NCBI GenBank assembly: GCA_040954595.2
Contig: CM082595.2
Coordinates: 8,600,317-8,664,316 of the forward strand
From: Balanoglossus misakiensis
Lineage: Eukaryota; Animalia; Hemichordata
Direction: 5' to 3'
Length of the DNA: 64,000 nt
Of this stretch, positions 1 through 13,458 are shown in pieces. The translations under genes were made by a program, and so were the position numbers. The notes under the pieces are model-generated. The model had not been told where the DNA came from, did not search any database, and worked only from the letters and a program-made list of their open reading frames with translations. Each line of letters starts with the position of its first letter. Within the stretch, counting starts at the first letter, position 1.

Positions 1-420
1 AAACAATGAACTTTTTGTGTGTCAGCATTATTGGGAAAGATTAAGCCCACACATGTATTCAATTTAGATAAAAATGGAAAATTACCATCAGCCTTTTTTC
101 TTAGCACTCTCACCTTTCACCCAATTCCCTGTGTAGACATCCAACTTTCCAGCAGGAAACAATGGATTTGGACCAAACCATTCGTTCACTTGAATATATA
201 TGTAATATCTGTATGTATGTAACACCTGTATTCTTTGCAGTCATCATTTAATCATTTATGCATGAGAACACCTTTCTAGTAATGATAGAACTTACAGTCT
301 ATTTGATGATCTCAATTATATGCAAACCACCAGGATGTTTCATTTGACTAATGAACTCAAGGTAATGCGCCACCATAGTGTAGATTGCTGATATAAAAGG
401 ACACCATGCATATACTTAGT

Positions 421-743
421 CAGTTCACCTCTGTATCCAGACCGGCCACATGTATGAACTGAAGATGTCTATGTTCAATTTCAGGTTAGTTTTCCTTGTA
501 CTTTACCTGTAGCTTGAAGCATTTTTATATAGGTGCATTCTACTGGCTCATTTTAGCACAAGTAATTGGTGTCTGAACTTGCGTCAAGTCTTCAATTGTA
601 CTTCTGTATTTTTCACTTGCATGAATTTTTGTGTATTCTGCTGTAGGTGAACTCCCATACATGTGCGTAATTTAGCAGTTCACCTGTGTAGCCAGACCGG
701 CCACACATATGAACTGATGATGTCCCTGTTCAATTTCAGTTAA
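421..743 (+). repeat. Two imperfect ~68-bp direct repeats, 255 bp apart
   Basis: cagttcacct(c/g)tgta(t/g)ccagaccggccaca...tatgaactga(a/t)gatgtc...tgttcaatttcag starts at 421 and at 676. Confidence 0.85.
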
Positions 744-1989
744 GAAATGTTATAGGCCTATGTCTTGTGAAACCTTTAAACCATGTTGGTGTGTTTTGTG
801 GTGAACGGCGACACCCGTGACAAGTATGTTAGAATCAAACTATTAGATGCATGTGAAGAAATATAGTCTGTTATAAGGAAGTGACTGGAGTGAAGGAGAC
901 CTCGTACGACGAAAAGTACTTTAATAGACTCGAAATGCACTCAAATTACAATCGAGATATAATGCATTTATATATGCTTAAAAAGGTAAATTAATGAATG
1001 GTGTCAACAAAATAAACGTTCATGATACATTTAGATCATTTTCTCGTCCAGCTAGGGGGTTCAACGTCAAAAGGAAAGTTCACTATTCAAATGCAAATAA
1101 AGTCATTAAAGAGTCCTAATCTCTTCTATCCAGTGACCATAGTAGCCAAACAATTAAAATCACATGTTTTTAATATCAATATTCACATACATTGCTTTTT
1201 ACTTTTCTTGAATTTCCTAACATTTTTTATTTTAACAAAAACAAGAGCCTTTCATGACCACTTATTGACTTTCGAAAATATTTCATGTAATCAGCCATTC
1301 ATTTTATGTGTGTGTGAAGAATGACCCTCTGAGGCTGTTGAATCATGTATAGTGCTGAAGGGGAGGGGGGACACCATTCCTCAATTTTGTTGATTTTGCA
1401 TAAGATGCTAAGTTGGTATTTTCCACACATTGCTTTTTGTACTGAGAATTACTCAGTTCTTAAGAAGAGCTTTTGACTAACATTTCATTGTATTTACAAG
1501 ACTGCCAGAGTATGTAAATAGTATATGCAGCATTAGGAAGGAATATCTTTGATATTTTTATTCCAACAATTTTCCTATCATGATAAATAAGTAGACAGAT
1601 ATATCATGTTAGGATTTTTGCATACTTAAAATAAATATTCTGATAAAATGAGTGCTTTTGTCTGTCTCTTTGATTTCAGGTGAGGATCAGTATTTGTTGT
1701 TGCTTTTCCTGCACAGATTCCAATCAGAAGGCAATTGTGATTACCAGTATGTTCTGTCTGATTGAAGTTTGAGTTTTCTTAGGACCTGAATATCGCTCTA
1801 ACAAATGGTTTGCTTTCAGATGTGGAGTTAAGCGCTGGTGATAGTTTTGGCTATTCTGTTCTCTTACTTTGGCTGTTCTGTTCTCTGTTTTTGAGTGATT
1901 GGTCGATTTCTCTAAAAAAAATTCAGTATAATTATAAAGCTTCCTATAGGTGATCTTTGTTTTTTTTTCAAATTGTTGCTAAGTTTGCG

Positions 1990-2330
1990 TATTTGTAATT
2001 ATGGGCCAAATTTTGCAATTTTTGGTCAAAATTCGTTTTCTCGGAAATCGCTTGTCAGATTGCTTTGAAAATTGGTAGGCATGTTTTCAGGGTTAAGCAA
2101 TTGTGAGTTGTGTTAAATTTTTGCTGAAATGTGCATATTTATGTTCTTGAGGTAGGGCCTAACTGTTGCAATTTTTCGTCAGAAGTTTTTGTCCTTGAAA
2201 CCACTTGTTAGATTGCTTTGAACTTCGGTAAGCATGTTCCTTATACTGATTGATGTAAGATATTGTACAATTATGGTGATGTTTGAATATTTGAGTTTGG
2301 CAGTTTTGGGACAGTTTTTTGAAATTAGGT
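1990..2330. repeat. Degenerate ~150-bp-period core repeats of an interspersed element (Helentron/HINE-like)
   Basis: The motif ttgcaattttt(g/c)gtca...cttgt(c/t)agattgctttgaa...ggta(g/a)gcatgtt occurs at ~2012-2085 and ~2166-2240. The same motif recurs at 5515-5840. Family assignment is inference. Confidence 0.55.
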
Positions 2331-3803
2331 CATATCAGCTCGTGTGGTATTAGGTCAATAACAACAAATTAAGTCCAAACGTTGGCCACGCTTCCTACTT
2401 TAATATAGCACAAGTATGAAAAAACGACCAGTTTGTGTTACGTTACCTGCTTTCATTGAGAGCAGCGCCCGCAAGTGAGTTTTTTAGAAAATTTGATCAA
2501 ATTCATGATGAATCGAATTGAATCGACGTTTATTCCAGCTGGGAGCACTTTATAGACTACAAAGTTGTTTTGTTAGATGGGTAAAATTTAAGACCACTCG
2601 ACCAATGCAGAGGGAAGTTGTCAAAATCGACGAAACAAAGCGAGAAAATGGCAATTTGCGCTGTCGACATATTTCTTCTCCTGCCTCGAATTATCAATCC
2701 CATGGAACCCCCCCCCCCCCCCGGCGCGCCCGAAAAAAATATATATCAATCAGGGATCATCATAAAACTCGACTATGAATCGGACATGAAATCAAACTCG
2801 ACGATGGAAAAGCAGCCGATTCCGAGATAAACGCATCCCGATAGGATGAGAACTCCGCCATGTGACTTCATCTAATTTCTCTGCAAACATGGAGGGGTTG
2901 TACGTTGGTAATGTGTTTACAAAGCAAAGTTAAGACATAAGTCCGAACATGACCGTGGTCCGAAGCTTGGACACTCTTATCAAACAGAGCAGTATAGTGT
3001 GTGGAGACATCGCCCGTAAGACACACCACCGGCCCTGCCACACTGAGCTGCAATATGCTCTTGGCTCGTAGCCGTCCCAGTCGGTAACAAGTCGTTACGG
3101 CACTTATTCTTATCGGTTCGGCCTGTAATGTACGCGACCCCGGCCGTTTCGTCCTAGCTGCAAACCGATTCTTCAATTTGCAGTTCAGTAAAGTTGGCGA
3201 ACGGGATAGTCTGTTAACGGAAAACGCAGGCCTATACACAGTGCTGGCGAACGGGACAAAAGGCCACAATAAAAGCGAGCGTGTTGTCAGATCAGTGGGA
3301 CTATCATAACACGAATACATAACATGTGGAAGGGCTAGGCCTAATTTTCTCCTGAGAAAGTTCAATTCGTGTTCTGTCGATGTGAAATTGTGTTTATTTA
3401 ATGCTTTTTGTAATAACATTTATGACTTTCATTTATGGTGCGATTATAATATCCGGAATATCATCGTATGTCACAACAATGCACTTCGAAGACTTCTTGG
3501 TCACCCGGACACGAAAGTGCCTCTAAAATATTTGTTCTAAACGCCGTAAACTGCTTCTCCGTCATGAGAAGAAAAGTCGCTTTCAATTTTTCTGTTCGTC
3601 TCTGTACTAGTCCCAATGTTTTGATCAATCGTCTTGTCTCATGAGATATGCGCTTTTATGGACTACATACCCACTGGATTGACATTTTACATTGATTCTT
3701 AAAACTATTATATTTTTTACATTTATTTTATTTATTACTTTTCTAGTGTTTTTGTCAGTTTTTGTAACCTATTTCTATGGACGGTTGTGTCTGAAATAAA
3801 GAT

Positions 3804-3839
3804 AAATAATAATCATAATAATAATAATAAAATAATAAT
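3804..3839 (+). repeat. Imperfect (AAT)n microsatellite
   Basis: aaataataatcataataataataataaaataataat. Confidence 0.85.
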
Positions 3840-5479
3840 TACGATCCCGAGATTACGATAAGCATAGGGACATTATAACGAGCCAACGTGAAACTGACAT
3901 GGAAACGATCGACAGTACGGTAGAGCACAGTGACTGCTGGTAGAGCGAGCGTGTTGCTGTGCGGGAGGCATTTACCATGTTTGTTTACAACACACACCGA
4001 CATGACCTGTGGCCGCAGTTGCAGCCTCCTAAGCGACCTAACCCAAGCAGTTTACGATCTCGGGTATCGTGGTCTGACTGACCAAAATGACACAGAAAGA
4101 GAAACACATTAGGAAGTATTATAGCTCTGTTTCCTCGAAGTCGAATAAGTGTTCACAACACAAGGCACATCAAACCCGTTGCTCAGACATCGGAAGTTTG
4201 CAGTTCGCTTGCCTGGTTTGAAATGCGTGGCTGTGGTAGAAATTACACACTGTGCCCCCCCCCCCCCCCCGATTTTATTGTGTAGACAATGAGGCACTCA
4301 CACTCAAAAAGCAAATGAGATATTCTTTCGAATGCGAGCATGTTCCAGAGCGTTCTAAAGAAATAAAATATGCAGCTGTAGCATGTATGCATATTCATTA
4401 GTGTGTCGTAATGCTAACTTTGGTCTGTGATTGGGTAACACGTTCTACTCACCATAACAACAGGTGATCATTGATCCGTTTCCGGTGTGCGACGCCGGGT
4501 GTCGACCACTTTCCTTCTACTTGCCGCGGGATCAAGACGTCTTTTCGGTAGGCTCATAATCGAATCATTGCTTCTAGTACAATAGCCTATTTAGCTATGT
4601 TACCGTCACTCGATTGTTTTGTCTGGTATTGGGTGACTTGCAGCTATCCGTACAACACCTTGTAGTTGAACAGAAGTAGGTTTAATTCCAGAAACAATTC
4701 CGAGCTACGGACGTGCAGCTAGCCTGTCGGCTATTCTGGGTATGGCTGCGCTGGCTCCCGAATCAGGAGACCAGGAAGTCATAATCGAGAAAGTCTAGTC
4801 ATATTTATAGGGTTATATTTTGTGAGAATTTTATTGCTAGGCCTCTTGCCTAAGCGCACGTAGGGCCAGTTTGTGAGATTGAAAAGGATGGCAGCGCTGC
4901 AGGATGTTTAGTGTCAAAATAGTCGACCATACTGTCGAACGGTTGTGGCAAAATGGCACGTCACTGTGGCGACATAAGGTACGGGTAGAACGTTTTTCTC
5001 TGGAAAGTCTCTTTGCTGGTGGACGGAACGATAGTTCCATACGTATAGTCTTTGTTTAGCGGAAGGTCAGGAAACCACGGTATTTTTCCATACATAATTC
5101 CATACGTTCTTTGAGGTTTTTATATGAGTCACTTCAGTGTTTGCAGGTGTTTTTTTTTTAATTTTACGGTTTAAACGTGGTTGGTGTATTTTCGCTTTTC
5201 TGGTGAGATTTCCACCTCTCCGTTGGCATACTTAAAAAATTATCCTAATTTTTATTGGGAAAACCGATAAAACCAAAACCACAACTAAAGAAAATGTCTT
5301 AAACATTTTAACTTAGGCATTGTAATCTGTTTGGTGATAACCCTTTTAGCTTTGAGAGATAACCGATTTGATGTTTTAGTATAAGCCAATTTTTTGACCA
5401 GGGCGACAAGGATTTTTTCTCCTAGAGTCGTGTTGCTTGGAAGCATACTTTTGTATGTGTGGTCCCAGTTGATGAAAAC

Positions 5480-5850
5480 CTGGTTGATGAAAAATGTGCA
5501 TATTTATAATTTTGTAGCAATTTTTGCCATTTTTGGTCAAAAATTGTTTCCTCTAAAACCGCTTGTGAGATTGCTTTCAAATTTGGTAGGCTTGTTCCTT
5601 GGGGATAATTAAATGAGATGTTTAAAAATATACTTGAAATTTACATATTTGCGTTTTGTGTGTGAAAGTTGTGGAATTTTTCATCAAAACTTATTTTCTT
5701 TCAAACTGCATGTCAGATCGCCTTGAGCTTTGGTAGGCATGTTCCCTGAAGCGATTGAAGTAAGATATTATACAATTTTGGAGAAAATACTGATTTTTCT
5801 GAAACTGCATATGGGATTGCTTTGAAATTTGATAGGAATATTCCAATGGG
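5480..5850. repeat. Second cluster of the same core repeat as 1990-2330
   Basis: Three variants of ...aaa(c/a)cgcttgt(g/c)agattgcttt(c/g)aaatttggtaggc(t/a)tgttcc at ~5555, ~5703 and ~5801. Confidence 0.55.
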
Positions 5851-6360
5851 TAACCCAAGTTTTGTCTGATTGTGTTGATTACCCTATACTGAGACTCACT
5901 AAGTACACTATATGTTTATATTACTAGGGAGTTCAGAATCCAATATGGCCACCATTCAAAGCGGGACATGCTGTATAATCTGATTGATTTCTAAACTTGT
6001 CATATTTTAATTTCTCGGTCTTGCAAATAAAAATAAAATGCCAAAAACTGAGTAACTTTCGTTTCTTCCCGCTTGTTAACGTCATATGTTGGTGTTGTCC
6101 ATTACAACGATTATCATCTAAGCGTCCCGAAACACTGATAAGAACTCCAATATAATTAGCCAGAGTAAACTGAGATTTTTATGCTGAAGTCGGCATATGG
6201 TCTTTTTCCTCCTACTGGGAAAGTGGCTAGAGTCAATCAGTGCATAATGGTAGCATTACATGGCACTGAATAAATGGCAGGGGTATTTACATCTCTGTAT
6301 TTTTTTCACTTAAACCATTATAAATCTCTAACAGTATATTATAATATTGTGTATGCAACT

Positions 6361-7688
6361 TGGAGATGCGTTTTACTTCAGAGTTGGAAGTATTTTTTAG
6401 TAAAGTCTGGGAAGTGACATGTCTTCAAAGTGATTGATGTTATCTGCTAAGAGCTGAATGCCCATGGATGTTCTTTCCTAGATTTTACATTTTCTTAGCA
6501 TTTCATAGACCTGTGTATAATTATAATTTCAGTTATATATTCTAATTTGAGTTTAGGAAGGGTATGCATGGAATTAAAGTTATTATTCTGTAATTACCCA
6601 ACCAAATATGTTGTCTAACTAATGGATATTTTGATTGTCAATTTGCACAGGCAACATTATTGAAGTAGCATTAAGAGTAGTTGATAATATAGCAGAGCTT
6701 CTAATTGGAAAGAAGAGCTTAGTAAATTTATCAGCTCATAATATTCCTTTAACCAATGAACTTTATATGAACTTGCACACCTGCGTTAAAGATACAGGGA
6801 TTAATGTTCAGGAAACCTTACCAGCTCTAAGAAATTTATTTGAGCCAGAAATTGAATTACCAAAAAAAATCAGTAATTTCATAAAGACACAGTCAGAAAA
6901 GAAACAGAGAAAGCCAGCAAGGAAGGGAGAAAAGTGGAATACATGAACGACACAGTTTGCTTAAAATACGTGTGTGTGCTGTAAAAACTGTATGGTGCAA
7001 CGGCGTCAATTTTTATGATTTATAAGCAGCCAGTCTTTCCATGCATATCATACCAAAATTTAATATGAAATTCTTGTTAATGTTAATAGTCTACAAGGAT
7101 AGTACAGGTAACATGTTGAAATTAAACTATCAAACTTTCTCCACTTTTGATATCCGCTCGACACAGGCAAGCAAAAGGGCCGATCTGAGACTATGACTTG
7201 AATGATGGCAATTTTTGCTGTCCAGAGGTAACTGTATAGCATTTATTTGGTAGTAATATCAGCTTTATGATTGCTAAAAATACATCAGAATTTAAATATT
7301 TCCACTTACTACAGTGATTGAACTGATTTTCAGCAAATTGCAGTGTATAAACAAATATTGCCATCTAATGAAATGTCAACCCAATTAAGGCCGCCTATTT
7401 GCAATGGTAAAATGCTAGGTTTACCATATTTGAGCGCCTGGGAATTTGAATTATAATCCAGATATCAAAAACGTAAGTCACTATCTGTATCTGCACATAT
7501 ATTGTAATATAATCTGAAAATTTCGTGAAAATTAGATCAAACATGATCGAGACACAGAAGATCAAACATTGCAAATTTTCATATTTTACCATGGTGCCAT
7601 GCAAAAAATAGAGAGATTTTTTTTACAAGTTTAGATGATCTCCTGTAAAACTGAAAGAAGTAATCTTCTGTGAATCTTGCATTTTTAT
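6361..7688 (+). repeat. ~1.33-kb block, copy 1 of 3
   Basis: Runs from tggagatgcgttt to gtgaatcttgcatttttat. Near-identical copies lie at ~7774-9535 and ~12098-13458. The ORFs starting at 6635, 8047 and 12371 are homologous. Confidence 0.95.
6651..6946 (+). pseudogene. Exon-like coding fragment of unknown protein (possibly transposon-derived), triplicated
   Basis: A branch-point-like CTAAC (6615-6619) and acceptor tttgcacAG (6649-6650) precede a ~97-codon open frame (GNIIEVALRVVDNIAELL...KKQRKPARKGEKWNT). Copies 2 and 3 are frameshifted or truncated at the A/C run. No family recognised. Confidence 0.3.
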
Positions 7689-7773
7689 GTTGGAACCATG
7701 CAAACCACTTTGGCCCCTGCAATGCAGCATGTTGCTTTAATTGTCTTCTTCATGGTTGCCATATTGGATTTTT

Positions 7774-9535
7774 TGGAGATGCGTTTCACTTCAGAGTTTG
7801 AAGTTTTTTTAGTAAAGTCTGGGAAGTGACATGTCTTCAAAGTGACTGATGTTATCTGCTAAGAGCTGAATGCCCATGGGTGTTCTTTCCTAGATTTTAC
7901 ATTTTCTTAGCATTTCATAGACCTGTTTATAATTATAATTTCAGTTATATATTCTAATTTGAGTTTAGGTAGAGTATGCATGGAATTAAAGTAATTATTC
8001 TGTAATTACCCAACCAAATATGTTGTCTAACTAATGGATATTTTGATTGTCAATTTGCACAGGCAACATTATTGAAGTAGCATTGAGAGTAGTGGATAAT
8101 ATAGCAGAGCTTCTAACTGGAAAGAAGAGCTTAGTAAATTTATCAGCTTATAATATTCCTTTAACCAATGAACTTTATATGAACTTGCACACCTGCGTTA
8201 AAGATACAGGGATTAATGTTCAGGAAACCTTACCAGCTCTAGTACATTTATTTGAGCCAGAAGTTGAATTACCAAAAAAAAAATTAGTAATTTCATAAAG
8301 ACACAGTCAGAAAAGAAATAGACAAAGCCAGCAAGGAAGGGAGAAAAGTGGAATACATGAAAGACACAGTGTGCTTAAAATACATGTGTGTGCAGTAAAA
8401 ACTGTATGGTGCAACGGCGTCCATTTTCATGATTTATAGCCAGCCAGTCTTTCCATGCATATCATACCAAAATTTAATATGAAATTCTTGTTAATGTTAA
8501 TAGTCTACAAGGATAGTACAGGTAACATGTAGAAATTAAACTATCCAACTTTCTCCACTTTTGATATCCACTCGACACAGGCAAGCAAAAGGGCCGATCT
8601 GAGACTTTGACTTGAATGATGGCAATTTTTGCTGTTCAGAAGTAACTGTATAAAATGTTTTTGGTAGTAATATCAGCTTTATGATTGCTAAAATACACAA
8701 GACTTTAAATGTTTCCACTTACTACAGTGATTGAACTGATTTTCAGCAAATTGCAGTGTATAAAAAAATATTGCCATCTAATGAAATGTCAACCCAATAT
8801 GGCCGCCCATTTGCAATGGTATATTGCTAGGTTTACCATATTTGAGCGCCTAGGAATTTAAATTATAATCCAGATATCAAAAACTTAAGTCACTATCTGT
8901 ATCTGCACATATATTGTTTTATAATATACCTCATGCTAATACTGTGCCGTGATTCGCCAGAATCCGTCACGTGATAGGAAAATAGAATCGACTATGAACC
9001 GTTAGGGAAATAGCAGAAAAAATATAAACCGGTCACATGACAAACGTGGTCACGTCAATCAGCGTCGCGTCTGACACAATGGCCACCGCTGAAGATGTCG
9101 TCTGCCAACCTCAAGAGAAAATTGCATGATTTTCCAAACTGTCAGCATGAGGTTTATTATAAAACACCTATAGCCTGGCCTATATTCGGGCCATAGCAGC
9201 CGTTTTTACCCCCACGTGGCTGTGAGTTACCAGAATCATACGCTATTTCCCTCGGCCTGCGGCCTCGGGAAATAGCATATGATTCTGGTAACTCACAACC
9301 CCTCCGGTGTAATAAACAGTCGCTATGGCCCTCATGGCCAGGCAATAGGTGTTCAATATAATCTGGAAATTTCGTGAAAATTAGATAAAACATGATTGAG
9401 ACACGGAACATCAAACATTGCAAATTTTCATATCTTACCATGGTGCCATGAAAAAATAGAGAGATTTTTTTACAAGTTTAGATGATCTCCTGTAAAACTG
9501 AAAGAAGTAATCTTCTGTGAATCTTGCATTTTTAT
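7774..9535 (+). repeat. ~1.33-kb block, copy 2, carrying a 435-bp insertion
   Basis: Colinear with copy 1 at an offset of ~1412 bp, apart from the extra sequence at ~8918-9354. Confidence 0.95.
8918..9354. mobile_element. Non-autonomous mini-element with internal complementary region and ~190-bp terminal hairpin (Crypton/tyrosine-recombinase-like)
   Basis: Absent from paralogous copies 1 and 3 (empty site atattgt|aatataatc), with no clear TSD. Internal 9144-9180 is complementary to both termini. A palindrome spans 9163-9353 around the apex ctcggcctgcggcctcg. Confidence 0.8.
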
Positions 9536-12097
9536 GTTGGAACCATGTTAACCGCTTTGGTCCCTCAAATGCTGCTTTTAGTAAATGTTTTAATTGTCTT
9601 CTTCATGGCGGCCATATTGGATTTTCGGATAACCTTTAAAAGTTGACATTTTTTTCAAAAACTACAGGGCCAATCAAGTTCTAATTTACTGTGCGGTTCA
9701 ATGTTTGACAATAATATCATTAGTGGTCATGTGGCTTTGGATTTTTGAAAAAATATCATTAAAAATTTTCAAAAATCTTTTTCTAATCAAGTTTTCAAGT
9801 AAATTGTGATTGGGTAAACCTTATTGAAGCCAAATTGGATTTTCTGATCTCCAATAAAAGACTAAAATTTCCTATTTCTAGCTTGCTCATTGAAACCACA
9901 CAAATTCTTTTTATGGATATGAGTCACCATATGACCAGAATATATCACAATTATTAGACTACTTTCACATGTTCTTTGATCAAGTTTTTACAGAACTTGA
10001 TTAAACAATGTGTTTGCGACTCTCGCATGACCTTTGATCCAGTAATTCCAGAACTTATTTTATGTAGATATGCCTCTTGTTAAAAACCACCACAGTCATA
10101 ATTTTGTTCACATGAGTACGACTGCTGCCAGGACATAACCCAAATCTTTTGATAATTTTGGCTATGACCTTTGCTGCCAGGACATAACCCAAATCTTTTG
10201 ATAATTTTGGCAATGACCTTTGATCTACTATCCCATGCCTTGGAATAAACAGCAAATACAGTCTTCAAATTTTTTTGGCTGGAACACCTAATGAAGTATT
10301 AAACTTTTACACAATAATTATGTACATAAGCTATTTCAAGTGAACCAAAAGAGCTTAGAAGTCTGTTTTCTGTTGGACACAGCTCAGTTTGATATCAAAA
10401 TTTGTTGGCCAAAATTTGCGTGACCTCTGGCTTACTTACCATTTCTTAGCATCCATAACAGATAAAGCCTTTGCTTTCTGTTGGAACCATGCTAACCGCT
10501 TTGGTCCCTCCAATGCTGCTTTTAGTTTTAATTGTCTCCTTCATGGCGGCCATATTGGATTTTCGTATAACCTTTAAAAATTGACATCTTATAAAACAAC
10601 TACAAGGCAAATCAAGTTCTAATTTACTGTGCGGTTCAATGACAATAATAAAACTTGAATAAACAATTTGTTTGCGACTCTCGCATGTCCTTTGATCCAG
10701 TAATTCCAGAACTTATTTTATGTGGATATGCCCTTTGATCCAGTAATTCCAGAACTTATTTTATGTGGATATGCCTCTTGTTAAAAAGCACAACAGTCAT
10801 GATTTTGTTCACATGAGTACTGCTGCTGCCAGGAAATAACCAAAATATTTTGCTAATTATGGCAATGACCTTTGATCTACTTTTCCATAAGTTGGCATGC
10901 ACAGCAGATACAGTCTTCAAATTTGGAGGACTGAAACAACTAATGAAGTATTAAACTTTAACACAATAATTTTGTACATAAGCTATTTCAAGTAAACAAA
11001 TGGAGCTTACAAGTCTGGTTTTTGTTGGACACTGATCAGTTTAAGATCAAAAATTTGTGTCACAATTTTGCGTGACCTCTGGCTTACTTTACCATTTCTT
11101 GGCATCCACAACAAAACAGCCTTTGCTTTCTGTTGGAACCATGCTAACCGCTTGGGCCTGTCCCATTTCTTCTTAATGGTGGCCATATTGGATATTCTGA
11201 TAACCCTTAAAAATTGACATCTTTTCAACAACTACAAGGCAAATCAAGTTCTAATTTACTGTGCGGTTCAATGTTTGACAACAATATCATTAGTGGTCAT
11301 GTCACTTTGGTTGCCATATTGGATTTTTGAAAAATCTCATGAAAAATTTCACAAATCTTTTTCTAATCAAGTTTTCAAGTAAATTGTGATTGGGTAAACC
11401 TTATTGAGCCAAATTGGATTTTCTGATCTCCGATAAAAGACTAATATTTCCTATTTCTAGCCTGCTCATTAAAACCACACAAATTCTTTTTATGGATATG
11501 AGTCACCATATGACCAGAATATATCACAATTATTAGACTACTTTCACATGTTCTTTGATCAAGTTTTTACAGAACTTGATTTAAACAATTTATTTGCGAC
11601 TCTCGCTTGTCCTTTGATCCAGTTATTCCAGAACTTATTTTATGTGGATATGCCTCTTGTTAAAAAGCACAGCAGTCATGATTTTGTTCACACGAGTACT
11701 ACTGCTGCCAGGACAAAACCCAAATCTTTTGATAATTTTGGCAATGACCTTTGATCTACTATCCCATGCCTTGGAATGTACAGCAGATACAGCCTTCAAA
11801 TTTGGTGGACTGGAACACCTACTGAAGTATTAAACTTTAACACAATAATTATGTACATAAGCTATTTCAAGTTAACCAATAGAGCTTAGAAGTCTGGTTT
11901 TTTGTTGGACACTGATCAGTTTGATATCAAATTTTGTTAGCACAATTTTGCATGACCTCTGGCTTACTTTACCATTTCTTGGCATCCACAACAGAAACAG
12001 CCTTTGCTTTCTTTTGGAACCATGCTTACCACTTTGGTCCCTCCAATGCAGCATGTTGCTTTAATTGTCTTCTTCATGGTTGCCATATTGGATTTTT

Positions 12098-13458
12098 TGG
12101 AGATGCGTTTAACGTCAGAGTTGGAAGTATATTTAGTAAAGTCTGGGAAGTGACATGTCTTCAAAGTGACTGATGTTATCTGCTAAGAGCTGAATGCCCA
12201 TGGGTGTTCTTTCCTAGATTTTACATTTTCTTAGCATTTTATAGACCTGTGTATAACTATAATTTTAGTTATATATTCTAATTTGAGTTTAGGTAGAGTA
12301 TGCATGGAATTATAGTTATTATTCTGTAATTACCCAACCAAATATGTTGTCTAACTAATGGATATTTTGATTGTCAATTTGCACAGGCAACATTATTGAA
12401 GTAGCATTGAGAGTAGTTGTTAATATAGCAGAGCTTCTAACTGGAAAGAAGAGCTTAGTAAATTTATCAGCTCATAATATTCCTTTAACCAATGAACTTT
12501 ATATGAACTTGCACACCTGCGTTAAAGATACAGGGAATAATTTTCAGGAAACCTTACCAGCTCTAGTACAATTTTTTGAGCCAGAAATTGAATTACCCCC
12601 CCCCCCAAAAAAAAAAAAATAAATAAAAAAAATAAAAAAAAATAGTAATTTTATAAAGACACAGTCAGAAAAAAAAACAGAGAAAGCCAGCAAGGAAGGG
12701 AGAAAAGTGGAATACATGAAAGGCACAGTTTGCTTAAAATACGTGTGTATGCAGTAAAACTGTATGGTGCAACGGCGTCCATTTTTATGATTTATAGCCA
12801 GCCAGTCTTTCCATGCATATCATACCAGAATTTAATATGAAATTCTTGTTAATGTTAATAGTCTACAAGGATAGTACAGGTAACATGTAGAAATTAAACT
12901 ATCCAACTTTCTCCACTTTTGATATCTGCTCGACACAGGCAAGCGAAAGGGCCGATCTGAGACTTTGACTTGAATGATGGCAATTTTTGCTGTCCAGAAG
13001 CAACTGTATAACATTTTTTTGATAGTAATATCAGCTTTATGATTGCTAAAATACACAAGAATTTAAATATTTCCACTTACTACAGTGATTAAACTGATTT
13101 TCAGCAAATTGCAATGTATAAACAAATATTGCCATCTAATGAAATGTCAACCCAATATGGCCGCCCATTTGCAATGGTAAAATGCTAGGTTTACCATATT
13201 TGAGCGCCTGGGAATTTAAATTATAATCCAGATATCAAAAACATAAGTCACTATCTGTATCTGCACATATATTGTAATATAATCTGAAAATTTCGTGAAA
13301 ATTAGATCAAACATGATTTAGACACGGAACATCAAACATTGCAAATTTTCATATTTTACCATGGTGCCATGCAAAAAATAGAGAGATTTTTTTTACAAGT
13401 TTAGATGATCTCCTGTAAAACTGAAAGAAGTAATCTTCTGTGAATCTTACATTTTTAT
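12098..13458 (+). repeat. ~1.33-kb block, copy 3
   Basis: Colinear with copy 1, with an expanded C/A homopolymer tract at ~12596-12642. It continues into unique sequence after 13458. Confidence 0.95.

Noticed and set aside
240-1760. Splice-like signals (240, 485, 647, 1679) and a CTGATGA...GAAA motif at 714-747
   Set aside because: No coherent reading frame links the putative exons, and no stem II can form for a hammerhead.
2868-3419. 183-aa minus-strand ORF in a CpG-richer region (~2.5-5.05 kb)
   Set aside because: There is no recognisable domain. The region could be a promoter or transposon interior but cannot be called from sequence alone.
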